A stretch of 64,000 nucleotides of DNA. Source: an uncultured Planctomycetaceae bacterium. Lineage in GTDB: Bacteria; Planctomycetota; Planctomycetia; Planctomycetales; Planctomycetaceae. The notes below the pieces were generated by a model. It had not been told where the DNA came from, searched no databases, and saw only the letters and a list, made by a program, of their open reading frames with translations. The stretch covers positions 602,585-666,584 of the forward strand of contig CAWFAK010000008.1 in NCBI GenBank assembly GCA_963813715.1. Direction: 5' to 3'. The translations under genes and the position numbers were made by a program. This document shows, in pieces, positions 23,026 to 32,037 of the stretch; position 1 is the stretch's first letter, and every line of letters starts with the position of its first letter.

Positions 23026-24268
23026 TCAGGTGCGTGCCGTTTGCTGCGGCACTGACCGCCGCCGGCGAAATGCCGCTGAAAGCACCTGATCGAACCCAAA
23101 CCAGCGGCCCGTCGGCATCGACGCAATGGCAAGCAGGGCAATCACTTCGATCAGGTTCTTATTGATGATGTAACTGTGCTCCGGGCCGGCCGTTTCGGCC
23201 AAGTCTTCTACGCCCGGCCACGGTGGAACCGCGAGATAAAAAGACAGTAAAAGCACCGCGGCTGCGAGCGCCGTCGCCCGGGACAGGAGCCCAGCCAAAA
23301 GCAGGCAGCCGAGCGCGATCAGCGCCCAAATCGTCATGTGGTCGATCCGCTGCTGGGACGTCCAGGGCTCGGGGACCGGGCCTCGGGCCAATTGATCGAC
23401 GGTCAGCAGCTTGCGGGCGTCCTGATGAAAATCGGTCTCGAGCGCCCGGACTGGGGCCACCAGGTCGGAGCGCAGCTTCTGGATTTCGTCCCACTGCGTA
23501 TCGAGGTGCTTGACCTCGAAGGCCTGCCGCACCTTGGGCAGCTCTTCGCTGTAGCGCGACAGGAGTTCCTTGTACTCGGTGATCTTGCCTTTGCGCTCTT
23601 CGACAACTTCCTTGGTCTTGTCGTCGCGGTACACGAGGCCGACGCGCTCGGGGTCGATCTTGAGTAGGACCGCCAAGCGTTCCTTGTAGCTCAGGTGCGA
23701 CGACAGCTTGAAGAGCTGGTCAACCGCGCTGTTGAATCGCTTGATGTCGTCGGCAGAAGCCGATTTGAGTGCCTCGCGCCTGTTTCTGCAAGTCGGCCCG
23801 CTCCTTGGGCAAGAGGTGCATCTTGCCGTCGACGATCAGCCGCTTGGTCTCGGGATCGAAGGAGATCACCTTTTTCAGGTTGCCGTCGATCTTCAAGCCT
23901 TGCGGCAAGTGGTCGAGGCGGACGGAGAATTGGGGCGGACCGTCGACCATCGCGTCGAGCTGGGCCTTTTGCTCGTCGGTCAGGTCGGGATTCTTGGCGA
24001 GCAAGCTCGCTTTGTAGGCGTCGAAGCCGGCGGCCACTGCGTCGTAGTCGAGCCAGTGCAGGTCGTCGGGATCGCCGGTCATCTTGCGGTAGACGTTGCG
24101 CATCGGCCCACGGGCGGCGCGCAAATAGCCCGCGGAGGACCAGGGCTTGGCCGTGGACAGCGTGTTGAGCTTCCAGAGGCCTTCGTAGAGAAACTGCCAA
24201 CCGATGGCCATCCGCAGCAGGACCAAAAATGCTACGGCGATTCCCGATAATCGCCAGCTATCTCGCAC
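23026..24268 (-). CDS. DoxX family membrane protein with a large periplasmic insert (frameshift ~23760)
   Basis: [26 protein letters not shown]-terminal YIINKNLIE and GRWFGFD. Confidence 0.8.
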
Positions 24269-25388
24269 GAGTCGGGACCTCCACTTGCACGTCGGTTTCG
24301 AAAAAGAGCGAAGTCTCGGGGATGCCGTGAACCACCAGGCTCAACGTGCGTCCCCGTTCCGGCGGACGAACGAAAATCGCCCCAATCTCCGGGTGATTAT
24401 CGCAATAGCGCAGCGAGTTTTCGACTCCCGCGACGAAAAAGGCGGTGGACAGCGCGTCGGCGACCGCGGCCGTCCGCGCCACGACGCTGACGGACAAGAG
24501 ATGTGACGGCGGCCAGCCGGTGCGCGGGTCGAGGATGTGTCCATAACGCTGCCCCGCGTGCCTGAAATATTGCACGTTCGATCCGCTCGTCGACAGCGCC
24601 TGATCGCACAGCATTAGCGTGCCCAGCCGCTCGTGCGGCAGGAGCGGATTGCGGAGACCGACCGGCCACCCATCGCGGCCGGCATGCGGCCCGCGCACAA
24701 GCACGCTGCTGTAACCGCCATGAAAGAGCCAGGCGTCGAGGCCCTCTTGCACCAGGAAATCAGCCGCGCGGTCGACCGCATGCCCCTTGCCGATCGCGCC
24801 CAGGTTCAGCTCGACCCCGGGACGATCGAATGCGATCGTTTTTTGATCCGGCTCGAAGTGCACATGAGGCATGCCGACGATCGCGAGGGTGTCGGCGATC
24901 TCGGTCGGCGTCGGAATGCGTCCTTCCCCGCGGCACCGTCGCCAGAGCGCGATCAGCGGACCGGACGTCGGATCGAAGGCGCCGCCGGTTTCGTAGGAGA
25001 GATCGCGAGCTTGGAGCAAGAGATCAAAAAGCGTTTGCTCCACGGCGACCGGCTCGGCCGCGGCCCGCCGATTGAGCTGCGAGAGTTCGCTCTGCGGCCG
25101 ATAGACGGTCATCTGGGCTTCGAGCGCGTGGATCATGTCGAGCGAGTCGGAAGCCACCATCACCTGCCGAGGCGGTCCCGGGTTCATCACGACCGCGAAT
25201 TCGCAGGCCATCGCCCGCGTCTGCACGCGCACGGTGGGGCCAGCGTCGGGAATCTCGCGCCTGGATTGGTCCTCCAGCAGGGCATCGGCCAGCGACGCGC
25301 CCGATTCCTCCAACTGCCCGCGCAGCGCGCGGCCCGAGAGAAAATCACGCCGGGTTGGTGCTGCCGGGGGGCGGGGGCGGGACGACAT
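24258..25388 (-). CDS. apbE: FAD:protein FMN transferase ApbE
   Basis: SELSQLN, GAFDPT, NLGAIGKG, TSG, GHILDPRTG and ADALSTA motifs. Confidence 0.92.
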   Translation of the reverse strand: MSSRPRPPAAPTRRDFLSGRALRGQLEESGASLADALLEDQSRREIPDAGPTVRVQTRAMACEFAVVMNPGPPRQVMVASDSLDMIHALEAQMTVYRPQSELSQLNRRAAAEPVAVEQTLFDLLLQARDLSYETGGAFDPTSGPLIALWRRCRGEGRIPTPTEIADTLAIVGMPHVHFEPDQKTIAFDRPGVELNLGAIGKGHAVDRAADFLVQEGLDAWLFHGGYSSVLVRGPHAGRDGWPVGLRNPLLPHERLGTLMLCDQALSTSGSNVQYFRHAGQRYGHILDPRTGWPPSHLLSVSVVARTAAVADALSTAFFVAGVENSLRYCDNHPEIGAIFVRPPERGRTLSLVVHGIPETSLFFETDVQVEVPTRAR

Positions 25389-25415
25389 TGAGAATGCTGC
25401 CGGGGCGGGGGGTAG

Positions 25416-25438
25416 GCGGCCTCCATTATAGAGGCCGC
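25416..25438 (-). promoter_or_regulatory. TATAAT -10 box (25425-25430) enclosed by an 8-bp inverted repeat, upstream of apbE
   Basis: + strand GCGGCCTC-CATTATA-GAGGCCGC. Confidence 0.5.
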
Positions 25439-25538
25439 AGCCGCCTGCGTCCCGAGTCAGCGGGTGGTCTTTTTTGACCGGGCTGAGTTTTGCCTCAGCC
25501 GGGCCGAGTCGTGCGCGATCTGCCCGTTCGGCGCATCG

Positions 25539-25919
25539 TCAAAACGCGACCGCGGTTGAGTTCATGACCATGGGCGCACCCGCCATCGGAGTTTGGGCGG
25601 TCCACATTGGCATCCCGTTGGGGCCATAGGGCATGCCGTTAGGACCACAAGCCGGGTACGTTGGCGGAGCCGGACCAAAATAGGGCGGCGAAGCGGGATT
25701 CAAATACTGCGGCGGACAGGGAGGGACCATGCGGTAAGGATGCACGCCCGGATAGTCCTTCGCGAAGCCGTAGTAGGAGCGGGTGACGTAGAAGCGCTCC
25801 TGCGGTCCCCAGCCCCATTGAGTGGGGTCGTACGGAGGCGCATTCAGCGGAATGCGGCACGTAATGCAGCCGGACAGTGCGGCCGACACCAACGCCGCTG
25901 AGATGAAGAGAGCGCGCAT
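25539..25919 (-). CDS. Pro/Tyr-rich hypothetical lipoprotein
   Basis: MRALFISAALVSAALSG-C lipobox. Confidence 0.65.
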   Translation of the reverse strand: MRALFISAALVSAALSGCITCRIPLNAPPYDPTQWGWGPQERFYVTRSYYGFAKDYPGVHPYRMVPPCPPQYLNPASPPYFGPAPPTYPACGPNGMPYGPNGMPMWTAQTPMAGAPMVMNSTAVAF

Positions 25920-26062
25920 CGATAGCCTTGAATGGCCGGCGCCCTCCACCCGGAACCATCCTCTATGTCGGCAAAGTTTGAGGCGCAAATCGAGGAAATC
26001 CGAAAATTCCGCGCGGATTCCCGCCAGTTTCTTAAAGGCGGTTCAAGCGCAGTTCTTCAGGC

Positions 26063-27266
26063 TCAGGGAACGCTCGGCGACGAGCTGCCCGATTTGGGCC
26101 CGAGCACGACCGCGCCATTTGCGAAGCGAAACGTCAGTCCGTGCGGATCGAGCAGTCTGCGCAGAAACTCGGCCGCCGGCAATCGTGGCAGATCGACGGA
26201 CACCTTGCGGTCCAGATCGATGCCCGCGTTCCGCAGTTCTTTCGCGTTGTATTCGAGCGGCAGGCCCTGCTTCTTCAGTTCCTCGAACAGTTCTTGCAGG
26301 CTGACGCCCTCGGCCTGCAGCTTGAACGCTTCCTTCTCGACGGGCAGCGCCGACTTCTTGATCAGCGTCGGCTGAGCATTCTTGGGAGCGCGGAGTGCGG
26401 CGGCCACCATCTCATGCTGCTCGAGTGTACCGCGGACGACGAGCTTGTTGCCGTGAGCTGTCGCGTCGAGCCCCTCGATCAACGAGTGCAACATCCGTAA
26501 TGTTTGGGGCGCCGACTTGCCGCGGAGTGTGTAAGTCCGCTCGACCGCGACGTGTTCCGGCACATGGACCAGGCGCACGCCGGATTCGCGGGGCAGCCAT
26601 TCGAAGGTCAGGTCGAACTGGTTGAGTACCAGCGAGAGGGCCTCCGACGCGGTCGCCTCGGGGATCGTGGCGCCGGCCCACAGATCGTGCGGAATTTGTT
26701 CAAGGCCCGCGATCGACAGGCCGAATTGCCGGCCGATGCGGGATACGATGTCGCTCGGGCGATCGAAGTCGCCCCACGTCACCGTGCTCCGGTGCCCGCG
26801 CAGCTTGGGAGAGCACTTCGGTGCCCACCGCCGCCCGCTCCAATTCCCGCTCGCGGAGCGCGATTACCGTCCGCAGCCGCAGCACGGGGACGGACGGGGC
26901 GACGATCAGACAATTGCCGACCTGGGTGACGCCGAGCTGGATCGACTGGGCAATTTCGTTGACGGCGGCCCGTAGCGGGCGGTCGCCCGTTTCGATCTGC
27001 AGTTCTTGCTCGGGATCGACCCGCCGGTCCAGCAGGATGGCGATTTGCCGCTCGTGGGAGAGCCGCCGCAAAATCGCCCGGAGCGGCACACCTTTCCAGG
27101 ACCCCGAAATCGGCTGCTCGAGGGCCGTCGTGAAGCGGCGAGCGGTCCGATAGTGCGTGGGGAGCGGGTCCGGGAAGAGACTCGTCGGCGCCTCGCTGGG
27201 GGCAGCGGCAGCGGACGCCCACAGGCAAGCGCAGAGCGTCATTTGCCTGTAAAAAGTGGATCGCAT
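26063..27266 (-). CDS. Secreted hypothetical protein with STN/secretin-N-like repeats (frameshift ~26790)
   Basis: Signal peptide; repeats of the type GVPLRAILRRLS..ILLDRRVDP and GVSLQELFEEL..KVSVDL. Confidence 0.6.
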
Positions 27267-27306
27267 GGTTATTCCGTCGCCCAGGACTTCGCAATACAAT
27301 GGTAGC

Positions 27307-29337
27307 ATGCCCGAGCAGACAGGTCCTACGCAGGCGGTTCAGGCGGTCGGCATCGACCTGGGAACGACCTATTCGGTCGTGTCCCATCTCAACGAAAGCG
27401 GCGAACCGGTCACCATCCCCAATCAGGAAGGGGAACTGGCGACGCCGTCGGTCGTGCTGTTCGAGGGAGAGCAGCCGATCGTCGGCACCGAAGCGCTGCG
27501 AAATTCGATCCGCTTTCCGGATCGCGTGGTCGAAAACTCCAAGCGCTTCATGGGTGACGTCGGCAAGCGCTGGTGGATCAACGGCCGCCCCTATGGGCCC
27601 GTCGACATCGCCACGCTGATTCTCAAGAAACTGGTCTCGGCCGCGCAAGATAAGATCGGTCAGATCTCGCAGGCCGTCATCACGGTCCCCGCGCAGTTCA
27701 GCGACGCGCAGCGGCACGCCACGATTCAAGCCGGCCACGCAGCCGGTCTGGAGCGGGTCGACGTCATCAACGAGCCGGTGGCCGCGGCGCTCTGCTACGT
27801 GCTGGGGAGCGAAGGACTCTGGTTTAGCGAGCTGGCGGGTGAGCAGCGGATTCTCGTCTACGATCTGGGCGGCGGCACGTTCGACCTGTCGCTCGTCCGC
27901 TATCGCCAGGACGAGGTCACCGTCATCGCCAGCAGCGGCGATCTGCATCTGGGCGGCATCAATTGGAACGAAGCGCTCGTCGATGCGATTGCCGGCCAGT
28001 TCGCCAAGTCGTTTCGCGACGATCCGCGCACTAATCCGGAAAGCCTGCAGGCCCTGGCGCTCGAAGTCGAGCAGGCCAAGCGCGGACTATCGGTGCGTCC
28101 CCGCGCCGCGTTGACCTGCAACCACGGCGGCCACCGCAAGACGTATCAGGTGGAGCTCGAGCAGTTCCAGCGATTGACCAAGCCGCTCGTCGATCGCACC
28201 GAAGAAATCACGCTCAAGCTGCTCAAGGACAACAAGCTCGGCTGGGCCCACGTCGACGTGGTGCTGGTCACGGGCGGCGCCTCCCGCATGCCGATGATCC
28301 GCGGGCGGCTCAAACAACTGAGCGGCCGCACGCTGAATACCACGCTCTCGCCGGACCTGTCGATCGCCCACGGCGCGACGTACTACGCCGGCATGCTGCT
28401 CGCGAACGACAAGTTCGCGCGCTCGATCCTCACGGAGGATGCCAACCGCCGCCTGGCGAAGGTGAAGCAACAAAGCGTCAACGCGCGCGAGCTCGGCATC
28501 TTGATTCGCGACATGAAGACACAGACCCGCGTGCCCCATTATCTGATTCCGGCCAACACGCCGCTGCCGACCGAATCGACGCAGCAGTTCGGCACGGTGG
28601 TCGAGAATCAGCGGCGCGTGCACCTGGTGATCGTGGAGAGCGGCACGTCGCCCGATCAGCCGTACGTGGTGCTGGGCGACTGCCGGGTCGACGGACTGCC
28701 GCCCAACCTGCCGGAGGGCTCCAAGATCGACGTGACGATCAGTTACGACCCGCAGGCCACAGTGCACGTATCGGCCAAAGATGCGGCCAGCGGCAAGTCG
28801 GCGCACACGGAGATTTTGCGACAGGAGAATATCGTCGCCCAATTGACGTCGGACCCGCGGGTGGCCAGCTCGGATTCGGTCGTGCTGGCGGAGGCAAATC
28901 CCAATCCGTTCAAGAAAACGGGGCCGGGCGCGACCGGGGTCCGCGTCCCCGACCTGGCGAACGATCGCTGGGAGGCGTTCTTCGATCAGACGCCGTCCAA
29001 GCCCATTCCGGTGTGTCACGAGTGCGGACGTCCGCTCGACGAGAAGGGGATATGTCCCACCTGCGCGGCGGCCGCCCTGGCGAAGAGCAAGCCCGTTCCA
29101 GCGGAAAAGTCACCCGTGGCCAAATCCCCCGCAGACCGAACGCCGAGCCGTCCGCAGCCCGGTGCACGAACTGCGGGCGTGAGGCCGGCTCCCAAGCCGC
29201 CGACGCAGGAAATGGTCAAACCTCCGTCCGCCCAACCGCAGCGCAAGCCGCCGTCTCCCGAGCGGCCTAAGCGCAAGCCGTCGTCGGCCCCGCAAGATGA
29301 GGGCGAAGACGAATTCTGGAAGTACGTCGGCGAGTGA
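27307..29337 (+). CDS. Hsp70 family protein (DnaK paralogue) with C-terminal CxxC-CxxC motif and Pro-rich tail
   Basis: GIDLGTTYS, VITVPA, INEPVAAAL, YDLGGGTFD, VTGGASRMP; CHEC...CPTC. Confidence 0.92.
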   Translation: MPEQTGPTQAVQAVGIDLGTTYSVVSHLNESGEPVTIPNQEGELATPSVVLFEGEQPIVGTEALRNSIRFPDRVVENSKRFMGDVGKRWWINGRPYGPVDIATLILKKLVSAAQDKIGQISQAVITVPAQFSDAQRHATIQAGHAAGLERVDVINEPVAAALCYVLGSEGLWFSELAGEQRILVYDLGGGTFDLSLVRYRQDEVTVIASSGDLHLGGINWNEALVDAIAGQFAKSFRDDPRTNPESLQALALEVEQAKRGLSVRPRAALTCNHGGHRKTYQVELEQFQRLTKPLVDRTEEITLKLLKDNKLGWAHVDVVLVTGGASRMPMIRGRLKQLSGRTLNTTLSPDLSIAHGATYYAGMLLANDKFARSILTEDANRRLAKVKQQSVNARELGILIRDMKTQTRVPHYLIPANTPLPTESTQQFGTVVENQRRVHLVIVESGTSPDQPYVVLGDCRVDGLPPNLPEGSKIDVTISYDPQATVHVSAKDAASGKSAHTEILRQENIVAQLTSDPRVASSDSVVLAEANPNPFKKTGPGATGVRVPDLANDRWEAFFDQTPSKPIPVCHECGRPLDEKGICPTCAAAALAKSKPVPAEKSPVAKSPADRTPSRPQPGARTAGVRPAPKPPTQEMVKPPSAQPQRKPPSPERPKRKPSSAPQDEGEDEFWKYVGE

Positions 29338-29371
29338 GCGGGCCACCGGTTGCGGGCAAACCGGGCGGCGA

Positions 29372-29545
29372 TCATTTCGTGGCGGGAGCCGTCGTGGGAG
29401 GCGTGGCCGGCTTGTCGCCCGGTTTAGCTGGGGCTCCGAGGTCAGATTTCGGCACCTCTGGGGGCTTCGGCTTCGCCGCTTCCTCACACCCGATCGCGAT
29501 CGCTCCGAGACAGATCGTCAGAGCCACTGCCAATGTCTTTCGCAT
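29372..29545 (-). CDS. Small Pro/Lys-rich lipoprotein
   Basis: MRKTLAVALTICLGAIAIG-C; AGGAG RBS upstream. Confidence 0.7.
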   Translation of the reverse strand: MRKTLAVALTICLGAIAIGCEEAAKPKPPEVPKSDLGAPAKPGDKPATPPTTAPATK

Positions 29546-29672
29546 GATTTGAAGCTCCTTCTGCGTTGCCCGAGTGTTGGCCAGTCCGGAGACGCCGGAG
29601 TTTCCTCGCGTTTCTTGCAAGTGGCGAGGTCCGAGCTGTCCCAAGATTAAACGAACTGTAACGAACAAAGAG

Positions 29673-29701
29673 TAAGACCGCGGTCGGGCGGACTTATTCC
29701 C
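29673..29701 (-). promoter_or_regulatory. Putative ECF promoter GGGAATAA-N15-GTCTTA driving the lipoprotein gene
   Basis: Matches the motif upstream of the ECF gene on the opposite strand. Confidence 0.5.
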
Positions 29702-29931
29702 CGAATCTTCTCTGGTCGACCGAAGCTGCCCGTCCGACGAAATTGCCTGTCTGACGGAAGTTCACTGTCGTGACGAGAGATGTTGCCGGTCTATCCGACG
29801 ATCGCTCCCATTCCGGCCGAAACTTGCGGATTCTCCCGATTGGGCACAGACTCAAAGCGCGGAGGGATCCGACCCGCCGACCGCCGCGATCGAGTTTCCT
29901 GCTCATAAGGGGACTCCTTGCATGCGGCTGC

Positions 29932-29961
29932 GGGAATAAACCGGCCCGCTGGGATGTCCTA
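29932..29961 (+). promoter_or_regulatory. Putative autoregulatory ECF promoter GGGAATAA-N16-GTCCTA
   Basis: ECF-like GGAA../GTC architecture ending 18 nt upstream of the sigma ATG. Confidence 0.5.
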
Positions 29962-29979
29962 GAGTTGTGAGGTTTCGCT

Positions 29980-30492
29980 ATGGACGACAGTCGATCCACT
30001 CCGAGCCTATCGGAGTTGGCCCGTCTGCATTACGCGCTAGTTTACCGCTACGCGTATCGTCTTTGCGGCTCGGCCGAAGAGGCGGAAGACCTGACGCAGC
30101 AAGCATTTCTCACGGCCCATCGGCGGTTGCATCAGCTTCGTGACCCGCAGTCCGCCAAGTCGTGGTTGTGCGCGATCGTGCGAAACACGTTCCTCACGCG
30201 TGTTTCGGCCCAGCGGGGCGCCCGGATGGTCCCGCTGCACGGCTACTGGGATCCGGTCCGGGAAGAAACGCCGTCGGCGAATTTTGACTCGAACGACCTG
30301 CAGCAGGTGCTCAACGAGCTCCCGGAGGAATTTCGAGCTCCACTGGTCTTGTACTACTTTGAAGAGTTCAGCTACAGGCAAATCGCCGACCAACTCGGCG
30401 TGCCGATCGGCACGGTGATGAGCCGGCTGGCTCGGGCCAAAACGCATCTCCGACGGCGGTTGGAGGCGCTGCAATCCGCTCCGGCGCGCTAG
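29980..30492 (+). CDS. ECF sigma factor
   Basis: EAEDLTQQAF, SWLCAIVRN, YRQIADQLGVPIGTVMSRLARA. Confidence 0.95.
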   Translation: MDDSRSTPSLSELARLHYALVYRYAYRLCGSAEEAEDLTQQAFLTAHRRLHQLRDPQSAKSWLCAIVRNTFLTRVSAQRGARMVPLHGYWDPVREETPSANFDSNDLQQVLNELPEEFRAPLVLYYFEEFSYRQIADQLGVPIGTVMSRLARAKTHLRRRLEALQSAPAR

Positions 30493-30513
30493 TCGGACGG
30501 TGCTAAGGTGGGC

Positions 30514-31449
30514 ATGATGGACTGTCGACAGGCTCTGCAAATCCTCGAATTCGACGTGCCAGACGCGGACGGTCTGCCGGAGGAGATCTGTTCGGCGGAG
30601 GAACACGCGGCCGCCGTGGCGCATCTCGAGAGCTGCCCGGCGTGTGCTCGCACGGTGCGCAATCGCCGCGAGCTCGATCGCACGATTGGCCGCGTAATGC
30701 GGACCGTGGCGATCCCCCGCGGAGCCCAGCAGCGGCTGCTCGCACAAATCGCGGAACTCGAAGCGGCTGGGACGATCGCCTCAACCACGGCGAACGATCA
30801 CGGCTCGTCTGACGCGAACGATGGCATCGCAGCCGGAGCGGGGCGGTCGCCCGCCGTGGACAGCGAAGTGCCGTCGATCATTCCCGCGAAGCCGCTGAGC
30901 CGACCCACGCGGCGGCGATTCCTCAAGAGCCTGATTCCATTGACAGCTTCGGCCGTGGCGCTCACCGGGTTCTTCGGCGTCGTTTGGTTCTTCTCGCCGC
31001 GGTGGAGCGTTGCTGAAGTTTCTCAATCGCTGACCGAGATCGACTTCGCCTCGCTTCAGGCTCTGCCGAACTTCACCGGCGGTGGTAAAGCGACGCAACT
31101 TCCGGGCGAGGCAGGCTGGGAACACCTCAAGTGGCAATGCGACAAGCAGGCCAAGGGGCTGCCCCTGGCCGCGAACGTGATTGCGGTCTACGGATTTGAC
31201 GTCCGTACGCGGCAACCCGAACCGATTCAGGGACTGATTGCCGTCATCCCGCGGAATCGCGTGCGCAATCCGCCGGCCGAAACGTCGTTGACCATGGCCG
31301 TGCCGACCAGCGGCTACCTGACGGCGCGAATTGGGGAATCGGTCTGCGTGGCCTGGCAGGAAGGCGACTACGTCTACGTCTGCCTGGTGCGAGGCGGACC
31401 CGATTCGTTGTCGAGGCTACAGCAAGCCCTCGAGCAGCCAGCGGCCTAG
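30514..31449 (+). CDS. Zinc-binding (ZAS) membrane anti-sigma factor
   Basis: MDC...HLESCPAC (HxxxCxxC), one TM helix, directly downstream of the ECF gene. Confidence 0.8.
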   Translation: MMDCRQALQILEFDVPDADGLPEEICSAEEHAAAVAHLESCPACARTVRNRRELDRTIGRVMRTVAIPRGAQQRLLAQIAELEAAGTIASTTANDHGSSDANDGIAAGAGRSPAVDSEVPSIIPAKPLSRPTRRRFLKSLIPLTASAVALTGFFGVVWFFSPRWSVAEVSQSLTEIDFASLQALPNFTGGGKATQLPGEAGWEHLKWQCDKQAKGLPLAANVIAVYGFDVRTRQPEPIQGLIAVIPRNRVRNPPAETSLTMAVPTSGYLTARIGESVCVAWQEGDYVYVCLVRGGPDSLSRLQQALEQPAA

Positions 31450-31610
31450 CCGACCGTGCTTCCGCCGCAGCTTGGTTTTCGCGGCCGTCTCCCGCCTTGT
31501 CGGCCCGCAGCTGGCAAATTTCGCCTAAACTCTCTGACCGGCAGGACCGATACAGATGATACGGCGTTCGTTCGGGGCGCCGATTGACGGCGGCTTGGCA
31601 GGAGGCACAC

Positions 31611-31937
31611 ATGCGGACGCTGATGATCGGACTGGGACTTTCGGCGATCGTGTCCTGCGGCAACATGGCCCAGGCGCAGTCGCCCGGTCAGCAGCTTTAC
31701 GAAAAGGACGAAGCGCGGGCCGCCGTCCACCAGGCGACCCCCGCCGAGCGTGTGCACGAACGCGCCGCCGAGGAAGCCAAGGCACGACTGAGCCGGATCG
31801 AGTACCGGCACGCCATGGGCATTTCGCCGCAACGGCCGACGATGTATGCGCAGCCGTTGCACCAGAACGTGCTTTACGTCGCGCCCTGGGGCATGTACGG
31901 AGCCTGTCCGGTACCGTACGCCGTCTGGGTGCCGTGA
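31611..31937 (+). CDS. Secreted hypothetical protein
   Basis: GGAGG RBS; signal peptide ending AQA. Confidence 0.65.
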   Translation: MRTLMIGLGLSAIVSCGNMAQAQSPGQQLYEKDEARAAVHQATPAERVHERAAEEAKARLSRIEYRHAMGISPQRPTMYAQPLHQNVLYVAPWGMYGACPVPYAVWVP

Positions 31938-32037
31938 TTCCGGGTTCCGGGATTCCGCGACGGAACGGCTGACGCGCGCTCTCAGAGCGAACGAACCCGC
32001 CATGCACTGAGTCCGACGCAACCAGTGTCGAATTCGG

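Noticed and set aside
31526..31553. Sigma28-like promoter TAAA-N16-ACCGATAC
   Set aside because: Spacing is off by one, there are mismatches, and it is a single instance.
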